A DNA stretch of 64,000 nucleotides from IMG/VR virus record IMGVR_UViG_3300050142_000050, positions 64,001 to 128,000 of that record, one strand, 5' to 3'. Within the stretch, counting starts at the first letter, position 1. Each line of letters starts with the position of its first letter. This document shows positions 27,701-36,129 of the stretch, piece by piece. The stretch comes from a virus. Taxonomy: Duplodnaviria > Caudoviricetes. The position numbers and the translations under genes are program-made. The notes under the pieces were generated by a model. It did no database searches, was not told where the DNA came from, and worked only from the letters and a program-made list of their open reading frames with translations.

Positions 27701-28333
27701 ATGTCCGCAATCAATTTCGCAATCAACGGTGCCCCTATCCACATGACCTTCCGTTACAACGAACATCTCGGTTTCGACGGATCGGTCCTGATCTCCTCGA
27801 TCTATTCTTTCGCAAAGATCGCACTGAAGAAGCTGGGGGATCACGAAAAGCTCGACGAATATCACGCAGTGATCGATCGGCTGATCTCGATGGAGAATCC
27901 CCTGATGTCCCTCGAAGAAGCCGACATCTACGTCTCGTCGTTCAGTTATCTTCTCCCCGAAGAGATCGGTGATATCACCTCGAACTACAGTGAAGTGTTC
28001 AGCAAGAATGTTGCTGCTCTTCAGCAGCAGCGCACCGCTACCATGACGTTCCCCAACATCTCGCCCATGTTCGTCAATCTCGTGAAGAGCCAGGCCGGTG
28101 CACTGATGACTCTCCCTACCGCAGACCGCGAGGCTATGGGTCTGACGATCGATACTGATGAAGCGATGACTCAGCAGTTTGATCGCATGGAGAAGTTCTT
28201 CAGCAACAGCGATTTCACCGATGATGAATTCTGGAACATGATGGGTGAGTTTATCACCACCGAGCAAGTTACCTGGATTCGCACCGCCGCAGAAGTCGCC
28301 TACAATTCGCCTGTGATGCAACCCGCCAACTAA
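27701..28333 (+). CDS. Hypothetical protein (probably early)
   Basis: AAGGAG RBS; C-ending codon bias. Confidence 0.8.
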   Translation: MSAINFAINGAPIHMTFRYNEHLGFDGSVLISSIYSFAKIALKKLGDHEKLDEYHAVIDRLISMENPLMSLEEADIYVSSFSYLLPEEIGDITSNYSEVFSKNVAALQQQRTATMTFPNISPMFVNLVKSQAGALMTLPTADREAMGLTIDTDEAMTQQFDRMEKFFSNSDFTDDEFWNMMGEFITTEQVTWIRTAAEVAYNSPVMQPAN

Positions 28334-28373
28334 CTTCCTACGTGGTGTGGACATATGTCCACACCACTATTGA
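28334..28373 (+). repeat. Intergenic hairpin repeat, copy 1
   Basis: CTTCCTACGTGGTGTGG-ACATATGT-CCACACCACTATTGA. Confidence 0.9.
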
Positions 28374-28408
28374 ATTTAGTCCTAAGCCAATATACAAGGA
28401 GAATACAC

Positions 28409-28729
28409 ATGACCACTCTCGAAATCAACATCGCTATCGTCGTGACCATGATCATCATGGTCGCAGCTCACAGCCTCTATCAGGCTATCCGCTTCAGGTA
28501 CATCCCCATGATCCATCATCTGCGTGCACTCCGCAAGAACGCAATCTCGATCACCTCCTCGATCGTCTGGAGCGCGATCTGCGTGTACTTCGATCTGCAC
28601 ACTGTTTCCATGATCTGCCTGGGCATCACTGTTATCGGTGCCGTGATCCTGCTCATCGGTGACATCCTGTCGGTACTCAATGTCAAGTTTATCAACCAGG
28701 GCTTCGAAGCCGTCATCCGCATGCAGTAA
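28409..28729 (+). CDS. Three-TM membrane protein
   Basis: AAGGAG RBS; three hydrophobic segments. Confidence 0.75.
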   Translation: MTTLEINIAIVVTMIIMVAAHSLYQAIRFRYIPMIHHLRALRKNAISITSSIVWSAICVYFDLHTVSMICLGITVIGAVILLIGDILSVLNVKFINQGFEAVIRMQ

Positions 28730-28733
28730 CTAT

Positions 28734-28772
28734 CTTCCTACGTGGTGTGGGACTTACCCACACCACTATTGA
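28734..28772 (+). repeat. Intergenic hairpin repeat, copy 2
   Basis: CTTCCTACGTGGTGTGG-GACTTAC-CCACACCACTATTGA, 400 bp after copy 1. Confidence 0.9.
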
Positions 28773-28810
28773 GAATAGTTCCAACCAATCTTCAAATCAA
28801 GGAATTCACT

Positions 28811-29032
28811 ATGTTCGGTTTTAACACCAAGAAGCCTGCTCCCATGACCGATGCTCAGATCAAGGAGATGGCGTCCAAGATGACTGTCGAAGAAGCTGTT
28901 GCATATACAAAGGCGGCATCTGACAATGCTGCACGCGATATCGAGCGCGGCCATATGGTCCTCAAAGCGATCACCACAGTTACCATGACCACTGTAGCCG
29001 TAGTCGGAGCTCTCGCTCTCCTCACAAAGTAA
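28811..29032 (+). CDS. Small protein with a C-terminal TM segment
   Basis: AAGGA RBS before ATG 28811. Confidence 0.75.
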   Translation: MFGFNTKKPAPMTDAQIKEMASKMTVEEAVAYTKAASDNAARDIERGHMVLKAITTVTMTTVAVVGALALLTK

Positions 29033-29046
29033 TAGAGGATAAACAG

Positions 29047-29211
29047 ATGTCAAAGTCCATCTCGAAGTTCGATTCCTATATCGAACAAGCTCGCAACAAG
29101 AAGCCCTCTGATAAACCTTCCAATAGCGACGCTGTGAAGGTCACCCTCGAGTCGGTGATCGGAGTACTCATCGAATCGGCTAAGAACGGTATCGATCCTA
29201 GCCAGAAGTAA
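29047..29211 (+). CDS. 54-aa hypothetical protein
   Basis: GAGG RBS; MSKSISKFDSYIEQARNKK...GIDPSQK*. Not in the ORF track. Confidence 0.65.
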   Translation: MSKSISKFDSYIEQARNKKPSDKPSNSDAVKVTLESVIGVLIESAKNGIDPSQK

Positions 29212-29237
29212 TACCCCCCCCCCAAGGAGAATGTCCT

Positions 29238-29519
29238 ATGCCTGGTGATTATCTCAACCGGAACAACGCACGCTGGTTGGCTCACAGTGCCAAAACTTTC
29301 AGCATGGAGTACAATGGAGATCGTAAAGAGTTCTTCTTTACCATCAATCACAACTTCCCCATCCCGGAGGCGCGTCGCCATGACTGGGTACCGTGCTCCT
29401 ACAACTCCGTCGATATCGACTATTTCGACAAGACTCTGAAGGATCTCCTGGGCGAGGGCTATACGGAAATCAATCCTTATACCACCTGGCCCGAGTTGTG
29501 TACGCCAAACGAGTCGTAG
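29238..29519 (+). CDS. Hypothetical protein
   Basis: AAGGAG RBS; ends at a terminator. Confidence 0.75.
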   Translation: MPGDYLNRNNARWLAHSAKTFSMEYNGDRKEFFFTINHNFPIPEARRHDWVPCSYNSVDIDYFDKTLKDLLGEGYTEINPYTTWPELCTPNES

Positions 29520-29520
29520 A

Positions 29521-29550
29521 TAGGAGGGAGGGCATAAGCCCTCCCTCCTA
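29521..29550. terminator. Terminator hairpin between convergent genes
   Basis: TAGGAGGGAGGGC-ATAA-GCCCTCCCTCCTA, then CCTTTATTTTTT. Confidence 0.85.
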
Positions 29551-29568
29551 CTCTCCCTTTATTTTTTG

Positions 29569-30135
29569 TCACTGTTTGGAAAAGTCAGGTTCCCAATAAG
29601 TACCGAAACACAGGTCGGTCTCACCGACCCTACGCTCGATCAGATTGGAGATCTGACAGTAGTATTTTGTAGTACCAGGTTTAGGCTTACAATATGCACC
29701 CTTCTTAGGTCGATCATACGTTCCCCATACCCAGTACCCGGTAAACGACTCACAGGCCTTCTTGATGTCTCCTGCGGCAAAATAGACGGACATAGGAGAA
29801 CCCTCCCATGCTCCGATCCCTGCATTGAGAGTGAAGTCACCAGCTGCTTGGAGACCTGGAGTATATTTGAGGAGTTCAGGATTCTTCTTGGCCACAAAAG
29901 ACATGGCCTTAGTCATGTCCTTTTGGTAGTAATGACGACAGGTTTCCTTACTGGCCACATCTCCTAGATGCACTCCTTCGGCGTGTCCATTACAGATAGA
30001 CACATGACCTGTATCATCAACATAGGCTTTGTAGACTTCACCTTCAAAGCCTATGGTAAAGGTAGCCACCGCTGCGACAGAAAGAGCTATCACAGCCAGC
30101 ACACCTGCTTCAGATTTGGGATCATGATGAGTCAT
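29569..30135 (-). CDS. GH24 phage lysozyme with an N-terminal SAR/TM segment (endolysin)
   Basis: VLAVIALSVAAVATF hydrophobic segment, then FEG-x7-D-x5-S-ICNGH; C-terminal NLIERRVGETDLC. Confidence 0.85.
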   Translation of the reverse strand: MTHHDPKSEAGVLAVIALSVAAVATFTIGFEGEVYKAYVDDTGHVSICNGHAEGVHLGDVASKETCRHYYQKDMTKAMSFVAKKNPELLKYTPGLQAAGDFTLNAGIGAWEGSPMSVYFAAGDIKKACESFTGYWVWGTYDRPKKGAYCKPKPGTTKYYCQISNLIERRVGETDLCFGTYWEPDFSKQ

Positions 30136-30191
30136 ATCCCCAACCTCCTTTCATAGGTGGTGGAAAATCATAAAATACCATATGTGTAGTA

Positions 30192-30524
30192 ATGGGACAG
30201 GAGTCTTCGGTAATGAGGCGACGTACTCGTTATGATGACATTGTCCAAGAGGCGTACAATCGAGCATTAGTCGCTATTTTGGAACCTGTCATCACCAAAG
30301 TGTTTTCCGACGAAGCCATCACATTCCACATCCACTCCGAATTGAATGAGAATATCACCATCTCTCTAGTAGGTCACAGTACTGAAATAGGTGTCACCCT
30401 TTCTCATTTGATAAGAGACCAGATATGCTGGTGCATAGTCGATGATAACTCTCCTCCGGGTGAGGATATACTCATCGTCCACTGTGGTCAGAACAGAGCT
30501 TATATCTTTTTGAAATATGAGTAG
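30192..30524 (+). CDS. Hypothetical protein
   Basis: 110-aa ORF ending before a hairpin. Confidence 0.55.
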   Translation: MGQESSVMRRRTRYDDIVQEAYNRALVAILEPVITKVFSDEAITFHIHSELNENITISLVGHSTEIGVTLSHLIRDQICWCIVDDNSPPGEDILIVHCGQNRAYIFLKYE

Positions 30525-30529
30525 CGTAA

Positions 30530-30556
30530 GGGGGAGGGGCATGTAGCCCCTCCCCC
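30530..30556 (+). terminator. Terminator-like hairpin
   Basis: GGGGGAGGGGC-ATGTA-GCCCCTCCCCC. Confidence 0.7.
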
Positions 30557-30565
30557 TCTCATCCT

Positions 30566-32647
30566 ATGCTACATTTTTCAGGAGTAAGTCCTGTGAGACT
30601 CTTAGAACGTACTGCTAAGCTTTTCGGAATGGTCTCTGTGAAACAGAGAGGTAACATCGTCCATGTATCTGGACTCGATGGTACTATCGTGGGATCGCAT
30701 ATCGCCCAGATCTGGAAGACCAAGTATTTCAACAAATACATGTTCAGTCAGATAACGGACACATCTCTGACACTCCCCGCATTCTTCGTACCAGACTTCC
30801 TCTATATGCTCAGTATGATCAAGGTGTCACATGACATACCTTGGTATGCTAAACGCTACATCATCAAGATCATCGATGGAATCGAGAAGAACACCTGGTG
30901 GAAACATACTCTACTGGATCATCCTTCAATCATCGATGAGAAACGACTCAATCTTCTCAAGTGGTCTCCTTTGGTAAAACAAAGAGAGTTCCTCGATCTA
31001 TACGGAGAACGCCTTCCTAAATACGACCTGCGTGGATATCTCCTAGCAGCAGCGCCAGGCACGGGCAAGACCTTTGCGGCACTCATGGTGGCTACATGCC
31101 TCATAAAACCATCGGTAGCAGAGGTAAAAATCATCATCTCTCCAAAGAAGGCTCTCCATCTCGTTTGGGAAAAATCAGTACGAGATGTCTTCAAGAAAGC
31201 TCCTACTTATTGGACATCGGACTCACCAGGAGTATGCCCCTACCATGGGGTCGAGTATTACATATTCCACTACGAGAAACTAGCAGAGGCTAACAAGCTG
31301 GCTGACTATCTCGAATCACAGAAGCGAACCTTCTTTGTGGTGGTGGATGAGTCCCACAACTTCGCTGACGATAAGTCCAATCGGACGAAGTCTCTAGTAG
31401 AGCTACAGACCAAAAAGAAGGATTCCTATTTCCTCTGGCTATCTGGGTCCCCTATCCTTAAGTCAGCTGCTGAGCTCACTTCATTCCTAGCATGCTCTGA
31501 TAAATGGTTCGATGCAGATGCTGCTCGTAGGTTCAAGAAGATCTTCAGTGCATCACCAGGAGCTGCTGCTGAAGTCTTCAGACATCGTCTGGGACAACAG
31601 ATGGCATTTAGTGTGCCTAAGTCAGAAGTCTCCAAGTCAAAACCGACTATCAAAGAACTCCCTATCAGATTACCTCCCAATAAGGCTCATCCCTTTTTGA
31701 TGAGCACTGTACGAGAGGATATGAAGGCCTTCATCGCGGAGCGTCTCAAGTTCTACGAGCCTAAGATGAAAGAGTATCGAGCCTATGTCCAAAAGTGGCT
31801 CGATCATCATGAGAAGAGACTCAGGACTAAGGAAGACAAAAGGCGGTTCCAGGAATATCTTCGTTGTATCAAACTCATCAGTCGCAATATGGACAAGATG
31901 ATGATCGACGAGATGGCTTTTGCAAAGAAGTACGAGCGTCAACATCTCATGCCGGATATCCCCCTGCATGAGAGAAAGATATTCCGAGCTAAGCTCTCTG
32001 CTATCAAAAACATCAAACTCAAGGTCAGAGGTGAGGCTCTAGGTACAGTCCTATCCAAACGTAGGTCCGATTGCGCAGCGATGCTCGCAGTCCACTGTAA
32101 ACCAGAGAAGATCATCAAAGAGAGTAAGAGTAAGACTCTCTTCTTCGCATCATCTGTGAGACCTATGAAGCTTTTGGCTGAGAGCCTCAGATCCAAGGGT
32201 TTCAAACCAGCTCTCGTATATGGAGGGACTAATACCGATCTGACTCGCATCATGCATGCATTCGAGAATGATCCTGATGTCAATCCGGTATGTGCCACCA
32301 TGCAGTCTCTCTCAGAGGCTGTACCTGTCACAGCAGCTTCGACTATCGTCCTAGCAAACAGGCCATTCCGTCAAGCTACTTGGGATCAAGTAGTGGCTCG
32401 TGCTGACCGTATCGGACAGATCCATGAAGTGACTGTCTATGAACTCACCCTAGACACAGGTAATGTCCCTAATGTGTCGTCTACTACTGATGACATCCTG
32501 GCTATGGTCAGAGATGAGATCAGTGCTCTAATCGGTCCTGAGTTCTCAGGTCCTGAACTAGATGAACGCGATATCGAAAAGGCTATCGATCTCTCATTGG
32601 AGAGTGATGAAGCCATGAAGCAACAAGAAGAGTTGGAATTGATTTGA
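30566..32647 (+). CDS. SF2 (SNF2-like) helicase
   Basis: Walker A AAPGTGKT, DESH box, LSGSPI, QVVARADRIGQ (motif VI). Confidence 0.9.
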   Translation: MLHFSGVSPVRLLERTAKLFGMVSVKQRGNIVHVSGLDGTIVGSHIAQIWKTKYFNKYMFSQITDTSLTLPAFFVPDFLYMLSMIKVSHDIPWYAKRYIIKIIDGIEKNTWWKHTLLDHPSIIDEKRLNLLKWSPLVKQREFLDLYGERLPKYDLRGYLLAAAPGTGKTFAALMVATCLIKPSVAEVKIIISPKKALHLVWEKSVRDVFKKAPTYWTSDSPGVCPYHGVEYYIFHYEKLAEANKLADYLESQKRTFFVVVDESHNFADDKSNRTKSLVELQTKKKDSYFLWLSGSPILKSAAELTSFLACSDKWFDADAARRFKKIFSASPGAAAEVFRHRLGQQMAFSVPKSEVSKSKPTIKELPIRLPPNKAHPFLMSTVREDMKAFIAERLKFYEPKMKEYRAYVQKWLDHHEKRLRTKEDKRRFQEYLRCIKLISRNMDKMMIDEMAFAKKYERQHLMPDIPLHERKIFRAKLSAIKNIKLKVRGEALGTVLSKRRSDCAAMLAVHCKPEKIIKESKSKTLFFASSVRPMKLLAESLRSKGFKPALVYGGTNTDLTRIMHAFENDPDVNPVCATMQSLSEAVPVTAASTIVLANRPFRQATWDQVVARADRIGQIHEVTVYELTLDTGNVPNVSSTTDDILAMVRDEISALIGPEFSGPELDERDIEKAIDLSLESDEAMKQQEELELI

Positions 32648-32677
32648 GGTATAGGGAGCCAGACGGCTCCCTATACC
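32648..32677 (+). terminator. Terminator hairpin
   Basis: GGTATAGGGAGCC-AGAC-GGCTCCCTATACC. Confidence 0.8.
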
Positions 32678-32694
32678 CATCGTAAGTGAACAAA

Positions 32695-32709
32695 TATATT
32701 ACCCTTATG
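32695..32709 (+). promoter_or_regulatory. Putative early promoter
   Basis: TATATTAC-CCTT-ATG; exact phiKZ-type octamer. Confidence 0.7.
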
Positions 32710-32758
32710 AAAAAACATACTTTGAGAAAAAAGCTTTCCCTTCTGAGGAATCTAGGAG

Positions 32759-33385
32759 ATGCGAAAAACTAAAAGACTATCGCTACGAGAAAAGACACTC
32801 GAAGATCTCACCGTCAGACTCGACGTAGTCGGTATGGTGGCAGGCCATGCCCGACTGAAACCTTTGGTAAAACTGCACAAGAAAATGATCCATGGGAGTA
32901 AGATCTCCTCCTCCCGCTATATCAAATTCTTAATCAAATGCGCAGACCATGTATTGGTGACGACCTATATCGGAATGGAAAATTCTGATGTGTGGGAGAA
33001 CAGTCTACCTTCAACCTCTTTCGAACAGCACGAGAATAGTGCTGTGAAACTAACGGGTCTCATCGATTCCCTCATCAGTGTATATTCGATCGAGGATCGG
33101 ACGATCTTAGATCTGCACAGAGTCAGCGGTAGGATAAAGACCTGCCTGCTCAGGATGCCCTCTCCCATGGCGGGTAATTATCTCGAGCTCAAAATCCTCT
33201 CCGCATTCGATGACATCTACATGGCCTTTGACGAATTGTTTGAAAGACCATGGGGCTCTAGGTTAGAGCATGAGGACATCCACCCCATCCTTTTGAAGAT
33301 GATAATCCTTATCAGGAAATTGAGATACCGGATCGCAGATAGCTACGGTATATTTCCTTCTACTCTCGGAGCATTCGATGAATAA
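32759..33385 (+). CDS. Hypothetical protein
   Basis: AGGAG RBS; 208 aa. Confidence 0.7.
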   Translation: MRKTKRLSLREKTLEDLTVRLDVVGMVAGHARLKPLVKLHKKMIHGSKISSSRYIKFLIKCADHVLVTTYIGMENSDVWENSLPSTSFEQHENSAVKLTGLIDSLISVYSIEDRTILDLHRVSGRIKTCLLRMPSPMAGNYLELKILSAFDDIYMAFDELFERPWGSRLEHEDIHPILLKMIILIRKLRYRIADSYGIFPSTLGAFDE

Positions 33386-34145
33386 TCCCGATCAAATCCA
33401 GACACCGAGCAATACCCGAATCGAGGTACCCCAGGAAGAAATCGATACCATCCTGGCAGCGGTGAACAAGATCATCTCCAATGATCGCAAGAATGATCCG
33501 ATCTATCCCATCTTCTGTGCAGTCGAATCGATGGTCGGTGATCGCAAGTTCGACAACATGCGTCATCGATCCTACACGTATTTCGTGTACTTCACAGAAG
33601 CCTACCGTCAGTATGTGTCGGCTCTCTACAGCACCGACAGTAAGATCCCTGTTAATGATGCCCGTGTCTACGGTGCGGCGCTCTGCGCGGTGTTTGAGCT
33701 GATGTCCCAACTGGTCAAACGACCGGTGGTCGGTTACATGGCCGACCTGGCTGCAACCAACATCCTCTCGACGATCGATATCATGCGATCCAGCCGACCA
33801 GCCATGGACGGTATGCTCGTCGAGTATGCAGTCGCCAAGATCACCACAGTGATGGGCAGTGTACCCACCTATCGTACAGTACCCAAGCATACGGGCCATG
33901 CTAACAACGAGGCTATGCGCTCTCTGTTCTTCATGTGGCTCGCTCAGTCGACCCTCCATGTGATCCAGTACCTCAACGAGGGTAACCTGGACTACTTCCT
34001 CGGTACGGTCAACAACCCGACTTACGATTCGGTGATTCGTCAGATCCGAGGGCATGCCCGCGCGATCGATGTATCGGCTGTATCACATGACAATCACAGT
34101 CATTCACATCGCGGCAACCGCCGCCAGCGTCGCGCTCGGCGATAA
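33378..34145 (+). CDS. Hypothetical helical protein with an Arg/His-rich tail
   Basis: Overlaps the previous stop; C-terminus HDNHSHSHRGNRRQRRARR. Confidence 0.8.
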   Translation: MNNPDQIQTPSNTRIEVPQEEIDTILAAVNKIISNDRKNDPIYPIFCAVESMVGDRKFDNMRHRSYTYFVYFTEAYRQYVSALYSTDSKIPVNDARVYGAALCAVFELMSQLVKRPVVGYMADLAATNILSTIDIMRSSRPAMDGMLVEYAVAKITTVMGSVPTYRTVPKHTGHANNEAMRSLFFMWLAQSTLHVIQYLNEGNLDYFLGTVNNPTYDSVIRQIRGHARAIDVSAVSHDNHSHSHRGNRRQRRARR

Positions 34146-34158
34146 ATTGACAAAGGAG

Positions 34159-34186
34159 AGGTAGGAGGGCTCGCGCCCTCCTACCT
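34159..34186 (+). terminator. Terminator hairpin
   Basis: AGGTAGGAGGGC-TCGC-GCCCTCCTACCT. Confidence 0.8.
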
Positions 34187-34211
34187 ACTCTATTCAAAAC
34201 CTATAAAACCT

Positions 34212-34226
34212 CATATTACCAAAGTG
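34212..34226 (+). promoter_or_regulatory. Putative early promoter
   Basis: CATATTAC-CAAA-GTG, upstream of 34365. Confidence 0.65.
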
Positions 34227-34364
34227 TAGACTAACATCTCGATTAAAACTTTAACACTCACCGATGAGAATCGTGTGTAGTTCTTAACTCTCCAGTAAAT
34301 GGATTTGAAGAGAGATAAGGACTATCCACGGATCTTCTCTAGGTAAAACCTGAAGGAGTTCCCC

Positions 34365-35153
34365 ATGTTCTTTAAGATCGCAAACTTCATCGACAGTCTG
34401 TTCTATGTGACGACTGTCACCACCACTACCACGACTATCGTGGAAGAAGAACTTCCCATCGTGGTCACCCCTGTGTCTCACACTGGTGGTACTCCTCCTG
34501 CACCTAAGGATGAGATCCCCCATTGTCATCATGCGATTGCCGATCGTCGTGATCGCATCCGTACTTCGATGATTCCCGTGTTCATTAATGAGCATGCAGT
34601 ATCACTCACCTCGTCTGAGGAAAGCGTACGTGTACCTGCTCAGGTAGTGCGTCGTCGTCCTCTCTTCACACCCGAAGGTGAGCTCGATACCAAAGAGACA
34701 GCATCGATGCTCAACAATCCCATCTTCATGAGCATCAGTAGCGACCAGTCGAACCTCATCTTCCATGATACTTATCGCCTGACGCGTAATTGCCGTCCTA
34801 AGAACCCTGAGTTCTCTCGCACTCGTGTGCGCGACCTACTTCGTGCTCCTGGTACGAAGATCATCACAACAGCCGACAATCGCCGTATCACTCCGAGTGG
34901 TTTCGACATCGTCGGTGAGCTTACCCCTCATCACATCCGACTGGTGATCACCACCAAGACTGGTCGGAACATCATCGTCTACCACAAGAATACAGGCCAG
35001 CTCAACACTAAGCCCGACCTCGTCTTGTTCAGCTTCTGTCTGGCCCGAGTGCTCATCCTGAATCTGGCAGGGATGAACGAATATGTAGATCCTAAGTTCG
35101 AGGGTGAAATCGGTCTCTATACTGCTGCCATCCTCTCACTCCAACTCCGGTAA
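34365..35153 (+). CDS. Hypothetical protein
   Basis: AAGGAG RBS; 262 aa. Confidence 0.75.
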   Translation: MFFKIANFIDSLFYVTTVTTTTTTIVEEELPIVVTPVSHTGGTPPAPKDEIPHCHHAIADRRDRIRTSMIPVFINEHAVSLTSSEESVRVPAQVVRRRPLFTPEGELDTKETASMLNNPIFMSISSDQSNLIFHDTYRLTRNCRPKNPEFSRTRVRDLLRAPGTKIITTADNRRITPSGFDIVGELTPHHIRLVITTKTGRNIIVYHKNTGQLNTKPDLVLFSFCLARVLILNLAGMNEYVDPKFEGEIGLYTAAILSLQLR

Positions 35154-35170
35154 ATGAAAAGGAAGTTAGG

Positions 35171-35803
35171 ATGGGTAATGAGCCTATAGTGGGTGCCATC
35201 TATCACCCACTGATGGGAGAGGTGGCTATCAACCACCGACGTGGTAATAAACCACGGCTCTTTTGGAAAGTCTATATCAATCCATCCAACAACCGGCAAT
35301 TCCTCTCTATCGATGTAGGTGGGCGCGACACCCTCGTCGGTGAAGTAGGAGAGAAACAGCAGATCATGATCTCCGGATTCCGCAGACGCAGGATCGGAGA
35401 AAAGGATATGTTCTACCTTTCAGGTATCCCTGTCATAGGGACGGATGTCCTGGTGGCTATCACTCCTTTTGTCCGGAGCGAAGTGATAGAAGATGGTGAA
35501 CCTCAACGCTATACCAATGCGAGTGGTGTCATCATCCCATCATCCAGATATGACCGACTCCCTATCAGGAAGGTACCTACCCTCACTGTGAAACCGGGTT
35601 CGACGGGTCCTATCGTCAACCCTATCCTCAAGAAAGAGTATCATCGCGACAAAGCACCCAATCGATCCATGAATGTTTGGGTGGACGGGAATACCCTGAC
35701 AGATAATCCCGAGGATGTATTGATGACTATCGGTCTCAATAGTCCTAAGGACCATCGACACTTTTCAAAACTGGCATGGTGTTACGACACCTACAGGAAG
35801 TAA
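35171..35803 (+). CDS. Hypothetical protein
   Basis: AAGGA RBS; 210 aa. Confidence 0.7.
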   Translation: MGNEPIVGAIYHPLMGEVAINHRRGNKPRLFWKVYINPSNNRQFLSIDVGGRDTLVGEVGEKQQIMISGFRRRRIGEKDMFYLSGIPVIGTDVLVAITPFVRSEVIEDGEPQRYTNASGVIIPSSRYDRLPIRKVPTLTVKPGSTGPIVNPILKKEYHRDKAPNRSMNVWVDGNTLTDNPEDVLMTIGLNSPKDHRHFSKLAWCYDTYRK

Positions 35804-35826
35804 TCTCTTTCACAAGGAAGAACGCT

Positions 35827-36072
35827 ATGTTTGACCCAGACACAGTCATCGTCCAGAATGTTCATCTCATGATCACCCATTTGGGCATCGGTGATGTCGC
35901 TTGGAAACATCGTTCCAGAACTGAGCGCTACAATCCTCTGCGTTATGAGGTACGCATCAAGGTAGGGGCCATCCCCTTCCACTTTAACAAAGACGGAAAC
36001 CTGCTCCTCAAATGGTTCAAGTTCACTCGTCGCATCAAACACGCTTTCAGGATCATCGTGGAATCCTGGTAA
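35827..36072 (+). CDS. Hypothetical protein
   Basis: AAGGA RBS before ATG 35827. Confidence 0.65.
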   Translation: MFDPDTVIVQNVHLMITHLGIGDVAWKHRSRTERYNPLRYEVRIKVGAIPFHFNKDGNLLLKWFKFTRRIKHAFRIIVESW

Positions 36073-36129
36073 GCATCCTTTTGACAAAGGGACGCCAGTA
36101 AAGCCTCCCTACCTATCTGGAGAATTCCT

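Noticed and set aside
28334-28772. CRISPR array
   Set aside because: Only two copies, separated by a whole gene rather than a 30-40 nt spacer; no cas genes.
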